Source: the human T2T-CHM13v2.0 reference genome, Homo sapiens
Assembly: GCF_009914755.1 (NCBI RefSeq)
Contig: NC_060926.1
Strand: one strand, 5' to 3'
DNA: 64,000 bases
The position numbers were made by a program, and so were the translations under genes. Each line of letters opens with the position of its first letter. Positions within the stretch are counted from its first letter, which is position 1. This document shows, one piece after another, positions 1-16,330 of the stretch. The notes under the pieces were generated by a model. It made no database searches. It saw only the letters and a list, made by a program, of their open reading frames with translations, and had not been told where the DNA came from.

Positions 1-129
1 CAATCAGACCAGGTCCTTGCAATCATAGGCGCAGTTTTGACTGGGAGGGAGGACTTGGCATGCCACTTGAGAAATATTAGCAACCAAAAATTCATGCCCA
101 CTGTTCTTCCATAGTGGAAGATCTTCTTC

Positions 130-430
130 CAGAGATCCCACTGGAATCTTCCATAATGACAAAATGCAAACAACGCTGAGAGCACAGATATGTTCATTGC
201 AGTATTGTGTGTGACAGCAAAGGATTGGGTACCTCCCAGGGTCCATCCAGGGAGGATGGGTATACAAATGATGGGGCACTTGTGTGACATACTGTCACGC
301 TGTTTCTAAAGACCAATGGTAAAAGTTTGGTACAGTGTCAGAAAGTTCTTGTGATATAATGTGTAACATAAAATAGAGAGAGACAGAGAATAGCAGGTCA
401 GTATCTAAAATGTGTTTCTGTCAAATTTTG
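130..430 (+). mobile_element. Old L1M 3'-region fragment
   Basis: atgttcattgcagtattg...gtccatc...ggatgggtatacaaatgatgg resembles degraded L1M 3' end. Confidence 0.45.
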
Positions 431-1599
431 CATAAGGTGAGAACTGGATGGGAACATCTTACAGATTGTTTTGGTCCACACAGATTTTCTGTCCCAATAT
501 TTTCTTACATGAGGGCAGTAGAAAAGGTCCGAAGAGGACTCAGTCTCAGCCCCAGAGCAAGGGGTTCACCATCTCTGGGAGCTGCCAGGAGCAGCAGCGT
601 CAGCCCTAGAGGAGCTAAATGGTATCTTTCTAAACCCGAGAAACCATGTGCAGCATGAAGCTCAAAAAGGCTGAGTGTGGACCCAGAAACCGAACCAAAT
701 TTTAGGGAGCAGGAGGCTAGTCAGAGCAAGGGCAGAACTTGGGGGGCTGTTCTAGGGGGAACAGGCGGGACAGGGGGCCGCCTGAAAGACTCGGAACATG
801 CAGCTCCCTCCAAGTGGTCCTTCAAGGGATCTCCCAGCTTGGTTCCCTGTCTTTGGGATGGGCCATTTGGTTTTAAGATACAGAAACTCCTTCAAGCCAT
901 GTCAACAAAGAGAACATTTAATAGACGGAAACTGGGGACTCCATGGAGCCCACCCACAGGAGGCACAGGAAACCCTGAGGCATCGGGGGTCTCCTCCTGT
1001 CTCTGGAGCCACTGGGTCTCCACCTCTGCAGCTTGTCCACCTCTCCTTTTCTCTCCCACCACCGCTTGGTCTGTGTCCCCACGAAAGGTCCATGTTCAGG
1101 GTTGCCACCCTGCCTTGACCTCAGTTCTAAAAGACGATGGCTCATTCCCACATTTCTGCCTGCAGTTCCCAAGTCCCTCCAAGTCCAAGGAAAAGAAAGG
1201 AATCTGATTGGCTCTAGTTGGGCCAACTGTAAGGATGACCAGACCCCTTTTTTACCCAACACAAGGCCTGTGGCTGACCAGGTAACTACCTGCCCCTATT
1301 ATCCACCCGCCTTCAAAGCCTTGCATAAATGAGCTCCCCTCGCCCTCCTGCTCACTTCCAGGGACTGCCTGGCCCCTCCAGTCTGACCCCACCCAGGGCC
1401 CACTGCGGTTGCACTTCCCTTCTAAACAGTCTGTATTTGCCTTAAGCCCAAATCCCCCTTGATCAAGTGCCAGCCCAAGCCTGCCCAATTTGTTGCCAGG
1501 TACCCTCCTGGGAACCTTGTTGTCTGATGGCCTTTGTCTCTAAGGCTTCCTGATGGCCCCAGACATGTCCCAGGTGTATGCTCCTTTCACACTCAACAC

Positions 1600-2610
1600 A
1601 GAACACTCTCTTGACCAGGTGTCCAAGCAGTTCTCCAGCAGACTCCGTCTGGATGTCCTATAATTCAATTCAATCAGACACTGTCAACCTGGAGTCATAG
1701 ATCCCACAGGTTAAGGGCTCAGTCCCACAAAACTGCCCCACTTCAAATGCAGTCTCAAGTCCTAGGTTGCCACCTATACTTCTGACCAATTGGCTATAAA
1801 TCGGGGTTCCCATGCCCCACACCTGAGGTTGGATTTGCTAGCATAGCTCACGGAACTCAGGACGGCACTCATATTGACCAGTTCGTGGGAAAAGATTTTA
1901 CAAAGGATTACAGATGAGCAGCCGAATAAACACGCACAGGTGAGTTGTGTGGGAAGGTCATGGAGCTTCCATGCCCTCTCCCGCATGCCACCCCCCAGGG
2001 ACCTCAGATGTGTGGAAGCTTGTCAAATCTTGTTCAAGAGTTTTACCTTCCCAGAGGTCAGTAGGCGGGGCTGAAAGTTCCAACCCTCTATTCACTAGGT
2101 CTTTCTGGTGACTGACCCCATGCTGAGGCTAGGTAGGGCCCCCACATGGTCACCTCCTCAGCATAACTTCAGGTGTTATCAAACGGACTCATTATGAGAT
2201 GATCACTTGGGAAATTTTTTGTTTGTTTGTTTTTTTGAGACGGAGTCTCGCTCTGTCACCCAGGCTGGAGTGCAGTGGCCCGATCTTGGCTCACTGCAAG
2301 CTCCACCTCCCCGGTTCACGCCATTCTCCTTCCTCAACCTCCAGCTGGGACTACAGGCGCCCGCCACCACGCCCAGCTAATTTTTTTGTGTGTGTGTTTT
2401 TAGTAGAGATGGGGTTTCACCGTGTTAGCCAGGATGGTCTTGATCTCCTGACCTTGTGATCCGCCTGCCTCGGCCTCCCAAAATGCTGGGATTACAGGCG
2501 TGAGCCACCATGCCCGACGATCACTTTGGAAATTCTAAGGGTTTTAGGAGTTCTGTGACACCAACCGGGAACAAGGACCAAATATACTGTATTTTATATT
2601 ATACTACCAC
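1600..2610. mobile_element. MER21-like ERV LTR interrupted by an Alu
   Basis: aattcaattc...gatcccacaggttaagggctcagtcccacaa and aagggttttaggag...accaaatata segments recalled as MER21. Confidence 0.7.
2217..2516 (-). mobile_element. AluY-like SINE
   Basis: Antisense Alu with ttcacgccattctcc and ccgtgttagccaggatgg; flanked by gatcact(t/g)ggaaatt TSD-like repeats. Confidence 0.92.
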
Positions 2611-2875
2611 CCTCAATTAGAGCTTGGGGTGCTTGGGGGCAGAGCTCCTGCCATGCAGCACCTGGGAAGATGCTGAGCCCCCGGATGGTCAGCTGACTGT
2701 CACCATGGGATCTGGCTGGTGGCCAGAGCAGGTGCACAGACTGCAAACCCTGGTGGCCTCCGGGCAGCATGCATCGCTGCTCTGCAGAAGGGGCCTGGGT
2801 TAAAGAGCAGGTATCATGAGGCTCTGCCAGCTGGGGCTGAGGGAGGCGTGTGGGAGTGGAAGTGCCTGGAGCCCA

Positions 2876-2928
2876 GGGACAAAGTCCTGTAATAAATTAC
2901 GTGGGCCCAGAGTGCTCCCAGTCATTTC
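2876..2928 (+). promoter_or_regulatory. MYO7B: Putative MYO7B core promoter: HNF4-like DR1, CDX/TATA-like element, Inr-like site
   Basis: GGGACAAAGTCCT (2876-2888) resembles HNF4 DR1; GTAATAAA (2889-2896) matches CDX/TATA-like AT box; TCATTTC (2922-2928) fits YYANWYY ~30 bp downstream; strong donor AAG|GTAAGG follows at 3068. Confidence 0.6.
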
Positions 2929-3068
2929 CTCTTGGAGCCCTACCTCTTCTTCCTCTGTCCCTTACTCCCTGACACACCCGGAGTCCCAACATTGCCTCCT
3001 TTCCTGGCTCTTTCAGGGTGCCCAGGGTGGAGGGGAAGGGGAGTCAGCCAGACCCCCATCCTGACAAG
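2920..3068 (+). other. MYO7B: Putative non-coding exon 1 (5' UTR)
   Basis: Near-consensus donor CAAG|GTAAGG at 3068/3069; no ATG in the exon; lies just downstream of promoter motifs; exon 2 has its own acceptor, so an upstream exon is required. 5' end approximate. Confidence 0.65.
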
Positions 3069-4244
3069 GTAAGGGCGTGCCGGGGGCGTGTCTGCCAGCG
3101 GGGAGTAGGGGGTCACCTCTCTGAAGAGGGTCGCTGGGCAGGAGGCAGGTCCCCTGGAAATAAGATGGAACAGGTCTGAGGGATAGAGAGTGGAGAAGCC
3201 CTTCAGGAGCCTGGAAACCAGAAACCGCAGCAGGGGACTCAGTCCATCGGGCTGAAGGGCAGCACCTGGGGGGCTGAGGAGGAGGAGGAGGGGGAGAAGC
3301 TGTCTAGCCCTCTGCTGTAGAAGGGCAAACTCCCTGCAGGAGGGGAACGGCAGGTGCCAAGGCTGCTCCCACCCTGAAGCCTCCTCACAGCTAGAGGGCC
3401 TCACTGTGGAATCATGGGACATCATGGATAGCCTGGGTCCCATGATGAGCCCCTGCCAGATGTCAGCTGTGCCGTGTGTGACATCCCACTGCGTCCTCGC
3501 AACACAGTGGTGGAATTGCCTCCATTTTATGGACACAGAGACTGAGGACCATGGAAGCGAAGGTGCCCACGGGAAGAAGCAGAGCCGGATTCGACTCCAA
3601 AGCCCAGGCTTATCCGCCTTACCCATGTACCTTGGGCAATTGGCTTTAGTCACCTCTGGAAGGCTGGGACCCTAGGGAGAGGCAGGACAGGTCTGGGGTG
3701 TGGTGGGGGGGGGTGGGGGAAGAGGTGGCTGAGGAGAGGGACCGCACCGGGGCTCACATGGGCTGTCCCCCTTGAGCTGTCCAGGTGGTGTGTGTCCCAT
3801 CCCCATTTCACAGAGGACGAAACTTGAGACACAGAGATTGTGAGAGCTGGCCCAGGTCAGACAGCTGGTGGGTGTGGGGCCCCCAACCCAGATCCCCCAA
3901 ATTCTCCATGACGAGGCCTCCCCTTCAGGCTCCACTTTGTAACCCTGGACTTGAATTTTGCTCTAATTTATCAGAACCCTGCACTTTGTTTAGGATTTTA
4001 GTTCAGAGATTCACACACACCCTCAGTGAATCATTGTTAGGAACCACTCAGCTCATCAGCCCACCCCATCTCCCTGGACCTGCTGGGGGCCCTACGTCTG
4101 TCCTCAGATGCCACCTCTAAGAGAATCCTCCCCAGGCGGCTGTCTTGGGGCCTGCTGCATCCACAGCTCTAGCACGGGGCTCTGTGGAGAGGCGGCACCA
4201 CAGGGATGACCTATATGTGTTGATATTGCTTCCTGTTTTACATA

Positions 4245-4669
4245 TGTCAAAAGACAAAATTATAAAAAATTTATCTTAAAGATCTTAATTGGCTTTTATT
4301 TGCAATTCTAGAATTGGGCAACACCCCACTTATAGAATACAATGAATGATCTGATGAGCCGAGCAGAGGAGTTTGGCTTTATAGACAGAATGGGGCTGAG
4401 AGAAACAGAAAACAAAAGGGGATTAGTCATTTCAATTTATTTTCCTTGTAAAGGATAGAGCTGAGGGAACTTCCTTATCATGCCCGCTGAAACTGGCCTG
4501 TCTGGGGCTCCAGCTATTGTCTCTCTCCTGATTCTTGGAAGGTCAGATAACCTTCGTTTGGGCCTGGTGGTGTGGAACTTCAGCATGAGTGACTCCATTT
4601 TGGTCTGGTCTGTTGGCCTTGTGTAGGAGCTCAGACAAAACCAATGGCCTCCATACATTTTACTTAACA
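4245..4669 (-). mobile_element. Solo ERV1-class LTR (MER4-group-like)
   Basis: TG...CA termini, cata/catg 4-bp flanks, gagtgactccattttggtctggtctgttgg motif; family and orientation from recall. Confidence 0.65.
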
Positions 4670-4786
4670 CATGTATTTAAATGATGTTTGTGTGCCCATT
4701 CTTGGTCCACATAACAAGCTGTTCAGGGAGGAAGAGCCAGAATCTTAGCACATTTTTCACAGAAGAGATGAAGAAGGGTAAAGGAG

Positions 4787-4975
4787 ACTGGGCATGGTGG
4801 TGGCTCATGCCTGTAATCCCAGCACTTTGGGAGGCCGAGGTGGGAGGATTGCTTGAGCCCACAACATGGGGAGACTCCATCTCTATAGAAGAATAAGAAG
4901 AAGGAATAGGAGGAGGAGGAAGAAGAAGAGGAGGAGGAGGAGGAGGAGGAGAAGGAGAAGGAGGAGGAGGAGAAG
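4787..4975 (+). mobile_element. Alu monomer (FLAM-like) with GAG/GAA-rich tail
   Basis: ctcatgcctgtaatcccagcactttgggagg followed by (GAG/GAA)n. Confidence 0.8.
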
Positions 4976-5519
4976 GACGGATTTGACCAAGGCCACTGGA
5001 CTATGAGCTCCTCGAGAGCCTGGGCTGGGTTTCTCTGGGGTTTTTCCATCTCCTGCACATGCCCAGGCCTCAGCAGAGAATGGACACTTGGCACGTGCTG
5101 AATGAATGAATGGAGTAGCTAGCGGCAGAAGACGAGCTCAGGATGAAGTCAAGTTTTCAAATCCAGTGTCATTGTAGACTCTGTTGTCTGCCTTTCCAGC
5201 AGTGTGTAGTGTGTTCCTTCACTGCCAGCTGGGGAGGCGAGGCTGCGAAGGAAAAGTGACCCATGTACACCAGAGGCACAGACCTCCGGCATTGAGTGGT
5301 CAGAGGAGGCGGTCCTGGGGCTGAGGACAGGTAGGGGTGGGAAGGGATGCAGCAGGCTGTGAGGGGAGGATGGTGTGAGGATGAGGGTGGGGAACGGGGG
5401 ATGTTCCAGGTGGAGGAAGTGGTAGCTGCAAAGATACAGAGCAAAGGAAGTACCAGTAAGGCTTGGGCACTGTTGGCGCCTGGCAGGGATGAAATACGGT
5501 TGAGGGGGGTGGTAAGATA

Positions 5520-5708
5520 TGCTCTAGAACGTTCCATGATGATAGAAATGTTCTCTTCTGCACTGTCCAAAACAGTAGCCACTAGCCACAAGTGGCTGTT
5601 GAGCACTTGAAGTGTGGCTAGTGCAACTGAGGGTCTGAATTTTTAATTCAGCTCATTTAAATTTAAATAGCCACATGTGGCTAGTGGCTACCATATCGGA
5701 CAGTGCAA
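5520..5708. mobile_element. MER3-like hAT-Charlie DNA transposon
   Basis: tagccactagccacaagtggct...tagccacatgtggctagtggcta internal inverted repeat. Confidence 0.8.
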
Positions 5709-5746
5709 CCTAGAGGGTCTTGCTCATCAGGTTAAGAGAGAGGTGA

Positions 5747-6316
<570 letters not shown>

Positions 6317-6739
6317 TGAAAAGGAACCACAGGGCAGTGGTTCATGCACAAGTATATGTATCTGTCAATTTCTCTTTCATCCCTTGCCTGCCTTATTCAA
6401 ATACTAAACAAAACAGAGTGATATGAGGCAGCTTACAGTATACCTATAATACAACAGAATCAAAAATAAAATAAGCTGGGACGTAGGATGAATGAAGGTA
6501 GGAAAATACACTGCAGCTGGGAAAATGTTAGTAAACAAAATGTACATCAGAAAATCCCATATATTTGCTAGGCATAGACACAAAATTTGTTCTGAACTTC
6601 CAGATAGTCACGCACAAAACTATGCAGTAAAGATTAATAATGTTCTCAAGTTAGGCAAAAGCCAGTTTCCAAGGGGAAGACCAGCTTTCCTGTTGCAATG
6701 TCATGAAGGGGATAAAAAGGGAGAAAACGACATTGGCTA

Positions 6740-8575
<1,836 letters not shown>

Positions 8576-9810
8576 TCTCCAGATAGGCCGACAGCATAGC
8601 ATAAAAGTGCAGCTTAGGATGAACTGCCTCTGAATAAGTGTAAACCAAGCATTTTAGTGCAAAGCAGTGAATGTCATTACAAAGTGCTGTACAGGATCCA
8701 CTGGTAGCAGAGGGTGTCAGACTTCAGTTCTGATTGAGGGGAATAGCATCAATGAGTCTGAAGGAAACAGTTGAACCAGGTCTAAAACTGCAGGCTGGAC
8801 TAGAAGCTAAATAGGCCGACACTTGCCCATACCTACACGGGAGCCATATGGCACCTGAACCTAGTTGTGTGTGTCAAGTGTGTGTACATGGTGGGGAGGG
8901 ATAAACTTGGTCAAATTTGCTCATCTTGTGATGTTGCAGAGGATAGGCAGGGTCTTTGCCAAATCCCCAGCCCCATATTTCCCCTCTGATAGGGAGCAGA
9001 GCCCTTCTGGGAGGAGAGATTCTCCTAGAAGAGGTTCTTCTCCAGGGCACCCTGCCTTCGCTGACTTCCCCAGGAGGGTCTGCACCAGGCTCTCCAAGAG
9101 CAGGGTCTCTTCCCCGGGGCTGCCTTGCCGTCGCTGACTGCCTCCTAAGGAAGCTGGATTTCTCTAGCCAAATTGTGTCATGTTGTAGGATTTTTGGCAG
9201 TGGGTTGGCTGGGCCCTGTGCCCACTGGGAGAAGACAGGATGGAGGACTGTAACTTCTCATTCTTACCCTGGGCTTGCCTGGGCAGAAGAGGAGGGAGCC
9301 CTCATGGTGATCCAGGAGCACTGCATCTCTAGGCCAGAGAACATCTCGCAGGGACATATATCTCCGGCACTGTCAGTCACATGCTATTCATGGGAAGGGT
9401 ATCTCTTGGACATTACCCTGAATGCTGAGCTGTCCTGTGGGTGTTAGACTCCCTTCCAGAAGAGGGGCATACCCTTCTTCATGGGGAGCCCTGGGCTGTG
9501 GAGACAGGCTGGAGCAGGGCAATGGAGGGAACTTGAAATCTAGACTCAGGACCCTTTTTCTCTGGTGTGCACTGACAACCCCAGCACCACTGAGAGTGGG
9601 GCTGCCGCCACTTTCAGCTCTTCCTGTTGCTCCCTGGCAGCTGTGTGGGGGCCCTTTCTGTTGGGCCCTCCCATGGCTGGCTCCCCACTGAGCTTGGCAG
9701 TGAGGCTGTGCAGATGGTCATCACTGTCTGGGCGGGGATGGAAGCTCAGATATCCCAGACAACCCCTGTTGACAGTAAAATAAGTAACAAATGCATACTA
9801 TGGATAAGGA

Positions 9811-10785
9811 TGAAGGGGTGGCCAGCCCCTCCACACCTGTGGGTGCTTCTCGTCAGGTGGAATGAGAGACTGAGAAAAGAAAGAGACACAGAGACAAAGT
9901 ATAGAGAAAGAAAAGTGGGCCCAGGGGACTGGTGCTCAGCATATGGAGGACCCACACTGGCACTGGTCTCTGAGTTCCCTCAGTATTTATTGATCATTAT
10001 CTCTATCACCATCTCAGAGAAGGGGATGTGGCAGGACAATAGGGTAATAATGGGGAGAAGGTAGGCAGGAAAACATGTGAACAAAGATCTCTGTGTCATA
10101 AATAAGTTTAAGAAAAGGTGCTGTGCTTTAATGTGCACATACACAAACATCTCAGTGAGTTAAAGTGCAGTATTGCTGCTAGCATGTCTCACCTCCAGCC
10201 CTAAGGCGGTTTTCTCCTATCTCAGTAAATAGAACATACAATCGTGTTTTACACCAAGACATTCTATTCCCAGGGACGAGCAGGAGACAGATGCCTTCCT
10301 CTTATCTCAACTGCAAAGAGGCGTTCCTCTTTTACTAATCCTCCTCAGCACAGACCCTTTACGGGTGTCGGGCTGGGGGATGATCAGGTCTTTCCCTTCC
10401 CACGAGGCCATATCTCAGGCTATCACATGGGGAGAAATCTTGGATAGTACCTGGCTTTCCTAGGCAGAGGTCTCTGCTGACTTCCACAGTGTATTGTGTC
10501 CCTGGGTACTTGAGATTAGAGAATGGTGGTGACTTTTAACAGGCATACGGCCTTCAAGCACTTTTTTTTTTTAACAAAGCACATCCTGCACAGCCGTAAA
10601 TCCATTAAACCTTGAGTCAACACAGCACATGTTTCTGCGAGCACAGGGTTGGGGCTAGGGTTACAGATTAACAGCATCTCAAGGTAGAAGAATTTTTCTT
10701 AGTACAGAACAAAATGGAGTCTCTTATGTCTACTTCTTTCTACATAGACACAGTAACAGTCTGATCTCTCTTTCTTTTCCCCACA
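9811..10785 (-). mobile_element. HERV-K (HML-2) LTR5 solo LTR (LTR5A/5B-like)
   Basis: Minus strand starts TGTGGGGAAAAGAAAGAGAGATCAGACTGTTACTGTGTCTATGTAGAAAG, ends ...CCCCTTCA; 975 bp; AAGGA TSD (9806-9810, 10786-10790). Confidence 0.93.
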
Positions 10786-10876
10786 AAGGAAAAGCCAGAC
10801 AGGACAGAAAGGAGCCATGTGTGAAGTAAAAGTCTCTTCCCTCCTTCCACTCTCCACCCCAATAAATTACAGTTAA

Positions 10877-11306
<430 letters not shown>

Positions 11307-11334
11307 TTTATTTTTATTTATAATATTTTAGTGA

Positions 11335-11517
<183 letters not shown>

Positions 11518-11633
11518 TAAAACATATATTATTTTTATTACATACTCATATATCAACACATATATTAGATTGAATCATTTGAAACTGCCAATATGTGACC
11601 TTCTTCACTTAGAAAAAGGACACTTTCATATAG

Positions 11634-12260
<627 letters not shown>

Positions 12261-13998
12261 CTAACCATGCTTTTTAAAGAGCTGTGTGGTATTCTACCCA
12301 AAGGTTGAACCTGAATCCAGCAGACCTCTGTTGTTGGACAATTGGTGGTTTGTTGAGTTTTTGTTTGTTTCCATTTTTTGCTATTACCATCAATGCCTGT
12401 ACATCTACCTTGATGAACTTTTACAAGTATATTTGCAGGGTATGTTGCTAATAGTGGGATTGTGTAGACAAAAGGTGTTTAAATTTTTGATAGATGTTAT
12501 CAAATTGTCTTCTACAAATGGTGGCACCAGTTTACCCTTTACCACAGTGCATGGGCAGGCAGGGTCATCTGAGGCCACACACAGCAGTGGGCCTCCTGGG
12601 TGGGCCCACTGTGCTGCCCAGGGGCCCCCTCCTTCCTCAGGCTCCCATCCTGGGTGAGCAGCCACATGCTGGGATGAGATCAGACCCTTCAGTTGGGGGA
12701 CATTGGGAAGTTACCTAGCCTCGAGCAGCCTCAACTCTCTGAGAGACAAGTCGGGGAAAATGAAATAACTTGGGTGAAGCACAGCCCGACAGCATAGAAC
12801 GAGGCTCTGCTGGGAGCAGTTCCCCTTTCTTTTCCTCTCCTCCTGCCCAGGGCCTTGTCTGGCCTGGTGGATGGGTGCACAGGCTCTGCCACAGCCCTGT
12901 CACCACTAATGCCAAGGCTCAGTTTTTCCAAATATGGATGAGTATGGGAAATAATCATATGTGCCTCACGGGCTTATTGTGCAATGGAAGGGGCATTGTA
13001 TGTGGAGCTGTTGGCCCGGTGAACGCCCAGTAAGTGCTGCTCTTGTAATGATACCAGGACAACTCAGCCTGTGAATCCTTGGACCCTGGCAGGCCCTCTC
13101 CCCAAGGCTGACCATTTATAGTGACCTTTCTGGGGTCCAACTGGGGCCCACTGACCAGCCTGGGCTAGCCCCAAATTCAGGGTGTTTGGCCCGGATCTAG
13201 ACTCTGGTGACTTTGCCTCCTTTGGGTGGTGGCCCTTCCAACCTGTGTTCTTCTTGAGTGATGGCTTCCATGCCAGGTACTCTCAGCTCTGGGGAGCAGG
13301 GAATAGGCAGTCAGCTGGTGGCATAGGAGAACTTCCAAGTCTTACTCATCCCTCACCCAGCCCCAGATGCCCTTTCTGCCCAAAGAACACTCAGACCCCT
13401 TTGGAGGGCAAAGCTTTGTCAGTGCCCCTTCCGGGCTGGTATCCCATAGGCCAGAGTCTCAATGTTAGCTTTGCTTCTTGGACCCCTGGTTCCTGATCTG
13501 TGAAGTGGGATGTCTCCATGGACAGCACAGGGTTGCTGTGGGGCTCAAATGAGAGAACCTGTGGAAAGTGCCCTGCACACAACCTGGCACTCAGCTGCTT
13601 GCCCACTCCAGCCCTGTCCTGGTCCAGCAATGCTTTGATCTTCCCTGCACCTCCACCTCCCCACTTGCCTTTCAGCATATTCTTACCCACTCTACCCATA
13701 CTCCAGTTCAGTGGCACCACAGAAATGTTAGTGGTGTGGCTTCAGACCCACAGCAGCTTTGAGGAGGGCTTTGAGAACTAGCAGTTTACCCTTCTCTTCT
13801 CAGGTGAAGGTAACCCTCATTCTGGTCCCTGAGATTAGGTAGGACACTGATCCCCGTAAGCTCAGCCACACTGACCTGCCTCAGGGCTTAACAAAAGGAA
13901 CTGGACTAAGAAGTCATCCCATTCCCAAGGGGCAGAAAATTTTAAGCACACCAGTGCTTCCTGTAAGGGGCAATGCCTCACCTGCTTTCCTGGGTAGG

Positions 13999-14440
13999 TC
14001 CATCCATCCATCCATCCATCCATCCATCCATCCATCCATCAATCCATTCATCTGTTTGTTCATTCACCTATTCACCCACCAATCTATCCACCCATTCACT
14101 TACCCAATCCAACCATTAATCCATCCACCATCCATCTATCCACCCACCCACCCATTCACCCACTCATTCAACCACTAATCGACTCATCCATCCATCCATC
14201 CACCAATCTATCCATCCATCAACCCATCAGTGGATCCATCCATCCACTTACACATCCATCCAACTACCCATACATCCACCTATTCATTCACTAATCCATC
14301 CATCTATTCATCCATCTACCTATCCATCCACCAACCCATCCATCCATTTACCTATCCACCCGTCCATCAGCCCACCCTTCCACCTACCGACTCATCCATC
14401 CACTCATCCCATTCATCTGTCCACTCATCCATCCATTTAC
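13999..14440. repeat. Degenerate (CCAT)n/(CCAC)n tetranucleotide array
   Basis: Direct reading. Confidence 0.95.
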
Positions 14441-15009
14441 TCAGCAAGCATGTCCTGAGCCCTGACTAGTATGAGTAAGTCACTATCCAGCTCTCAAATT
14501 TCTCACAGGTGTGGGAGAGACACACACTGTAACACATAAAAACAGGGATAAATGCTGAGGTTGAAAATCGCAGCCTCTGCATGTGAGGATGTCTGTGCCT
14601 GTGTGTGTGTACATGCATGCATGTATGGTAACACACGTGCTTGTGTGTGTGCTCCAAATTCATATCAGATCAAGTACAGACACACTGAGGTAAAAGAGAA
14701 CATGGGGTGTTTCAGGAACTGCATGATATTCAGTGTACCCTGGGGGGAAGAGGTAAGATACAAGGTGGGCTGAAAAGGTAGGCAGGCTATGATGCTGAAG
14801 ATCCTTGAGTGTCATAAAGATATGGCACATTCTTAGCTGTGGGAGGCATGACACGGCCAACTTTTGCATCTTCTAAAGATCACTTGATTGGTGTGATGGA
14901 GGATGATTGTTCTGAGAGTCCAGCAGCAGCAAGGCCACCTGGGATGCTTCCAACCTCCCAAGTGAAGGATGACAGGAGACTAAGGGGTGGCAGGAAGGAG
15001 AGTGCCTCA

Positions 15010-16330
15010 AGTTTTTTCTTCCTTTTAATGTCTTTATCTCATTTTGGCATTAGAGTAACGCTGGCCTCATAGAACGAGTTAGAAAGTATTTCCTCTGCTT
15101 CTGTTTCCTGGAAGATACTATGGAGAATTAGGCTCATTTCTTCCTTAAATGCTTGGTAGAATTACCAGTGAAACCATCCACACCTGGTGCTTCCTTTTTT
15201 GAAAGGTTGCCAATCATTGATTCAGTTTCTCTAATAGATACAGGATTTTCAGATTATCTATTTCTCTTTGCTTGAGTTTTGGTAGTTTTCATTTTTCAAG
15301 GAATTTGTCCATTTCATCTAAGTTACCGAATGTGTTGTTCATAATATGTCTTTACTATCCTTTTAATGTCCGTGGGATCAGAGTGATGTCTCCTCTTTCA
15401 TTTCCAATAGTAGTTAATTTGTGTCTTCTCTTTGCTTTTCTTGGTTAGCCTGACAGAAGTTTATCAATTTTACTGATGTTTGCAAAGAACCAGTTTTTTG
15501 TTTCATTGAATTTTCTCTTTTTATTTCCTGTTTCCAATGTCATTGATTTCTGTTCTAATTTTTATTTTTTATTTTCTTCTTACTTTAGGATGATATTCTT
15601 CTTCTTTCTCTAGTTTCCTAAGGTGGAAGCTTAGATTATTGATTTTAGATTTTTCTTTTTTTTTTTTTTTGAGATGGAGTCTCACTCTGTCACCCAGGCT
15701 GGAGTGCAGTGGCGGATCTCAACTCACTGCCACCTCTGCCTCCCAGGTTCAAGCGATTCTCCTGCCTCAGCCTCCTGAGTAGCTGGGATTACAGGTGCGT
15801 GCCACCAAGCCTAGCAGCTTTTTCTATTTTTAGTAGAGACGGGGTTTCACCATGTTGGTCAGGCTGGTCTCGAACTCCTGACCTCGTGATCCACCCGCCT
15901 CGGCCTCCCAAAGTGCTGGGGTTACAGGCATGAGCTACCACGCCCGGCCTCTAGATTTTTTAACTATGCATTCAGCACTATAAATTTCCCTTCAGTACTT
16001 GTTTCATTGGATTCCACAAATTTCGATGTGATATTTTCATTTTCATTTAATTTTACATTTTTCTTCGGACTTACCTGACCCATGTGTTATTTAGAAATAT
16101 GTTTCTTAATCTCTAAACATTTTGGGCTTTTCCAGTTATCTTTCTGTTATTGATTTCTAGTTTAATTCCATTGTGGTCAGAGAACATACTTTGCGTGTAT
16201 TTTGACACTTTCTTGGCAGGTGCGTACATGTTAATAATTGTCATGTCTTCTTTGATAAATTTATCCCTTTATCATTATGTAATATTTCTCTTTATTCCTC
16301 ATAATATTCCTTGCCCTGAAGTCTGCTCTA
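15010..16330 (-). mobile_element. Old L1M ORF2 fragments with Alu at ~15655-15948
   Basis: ctggcctcatagaacgagttag, ttcatttcatctaag, ccattgtggtcagagaacatac antisense L1 hallmarks. Confidence 0.8.

Noticed and set aside
677-1207. 176-aa ORF and overlapping ORFs upstream of the promoter
   Set aside because: Non-ATG start, no recognisable domain, lies in probable LTR-derived sequence
2940-3653. 237-aa antisense ORF overlapping exon 1
   Set aside because: GC-rich chance ORF running through MIR-like sequence; no homology cues
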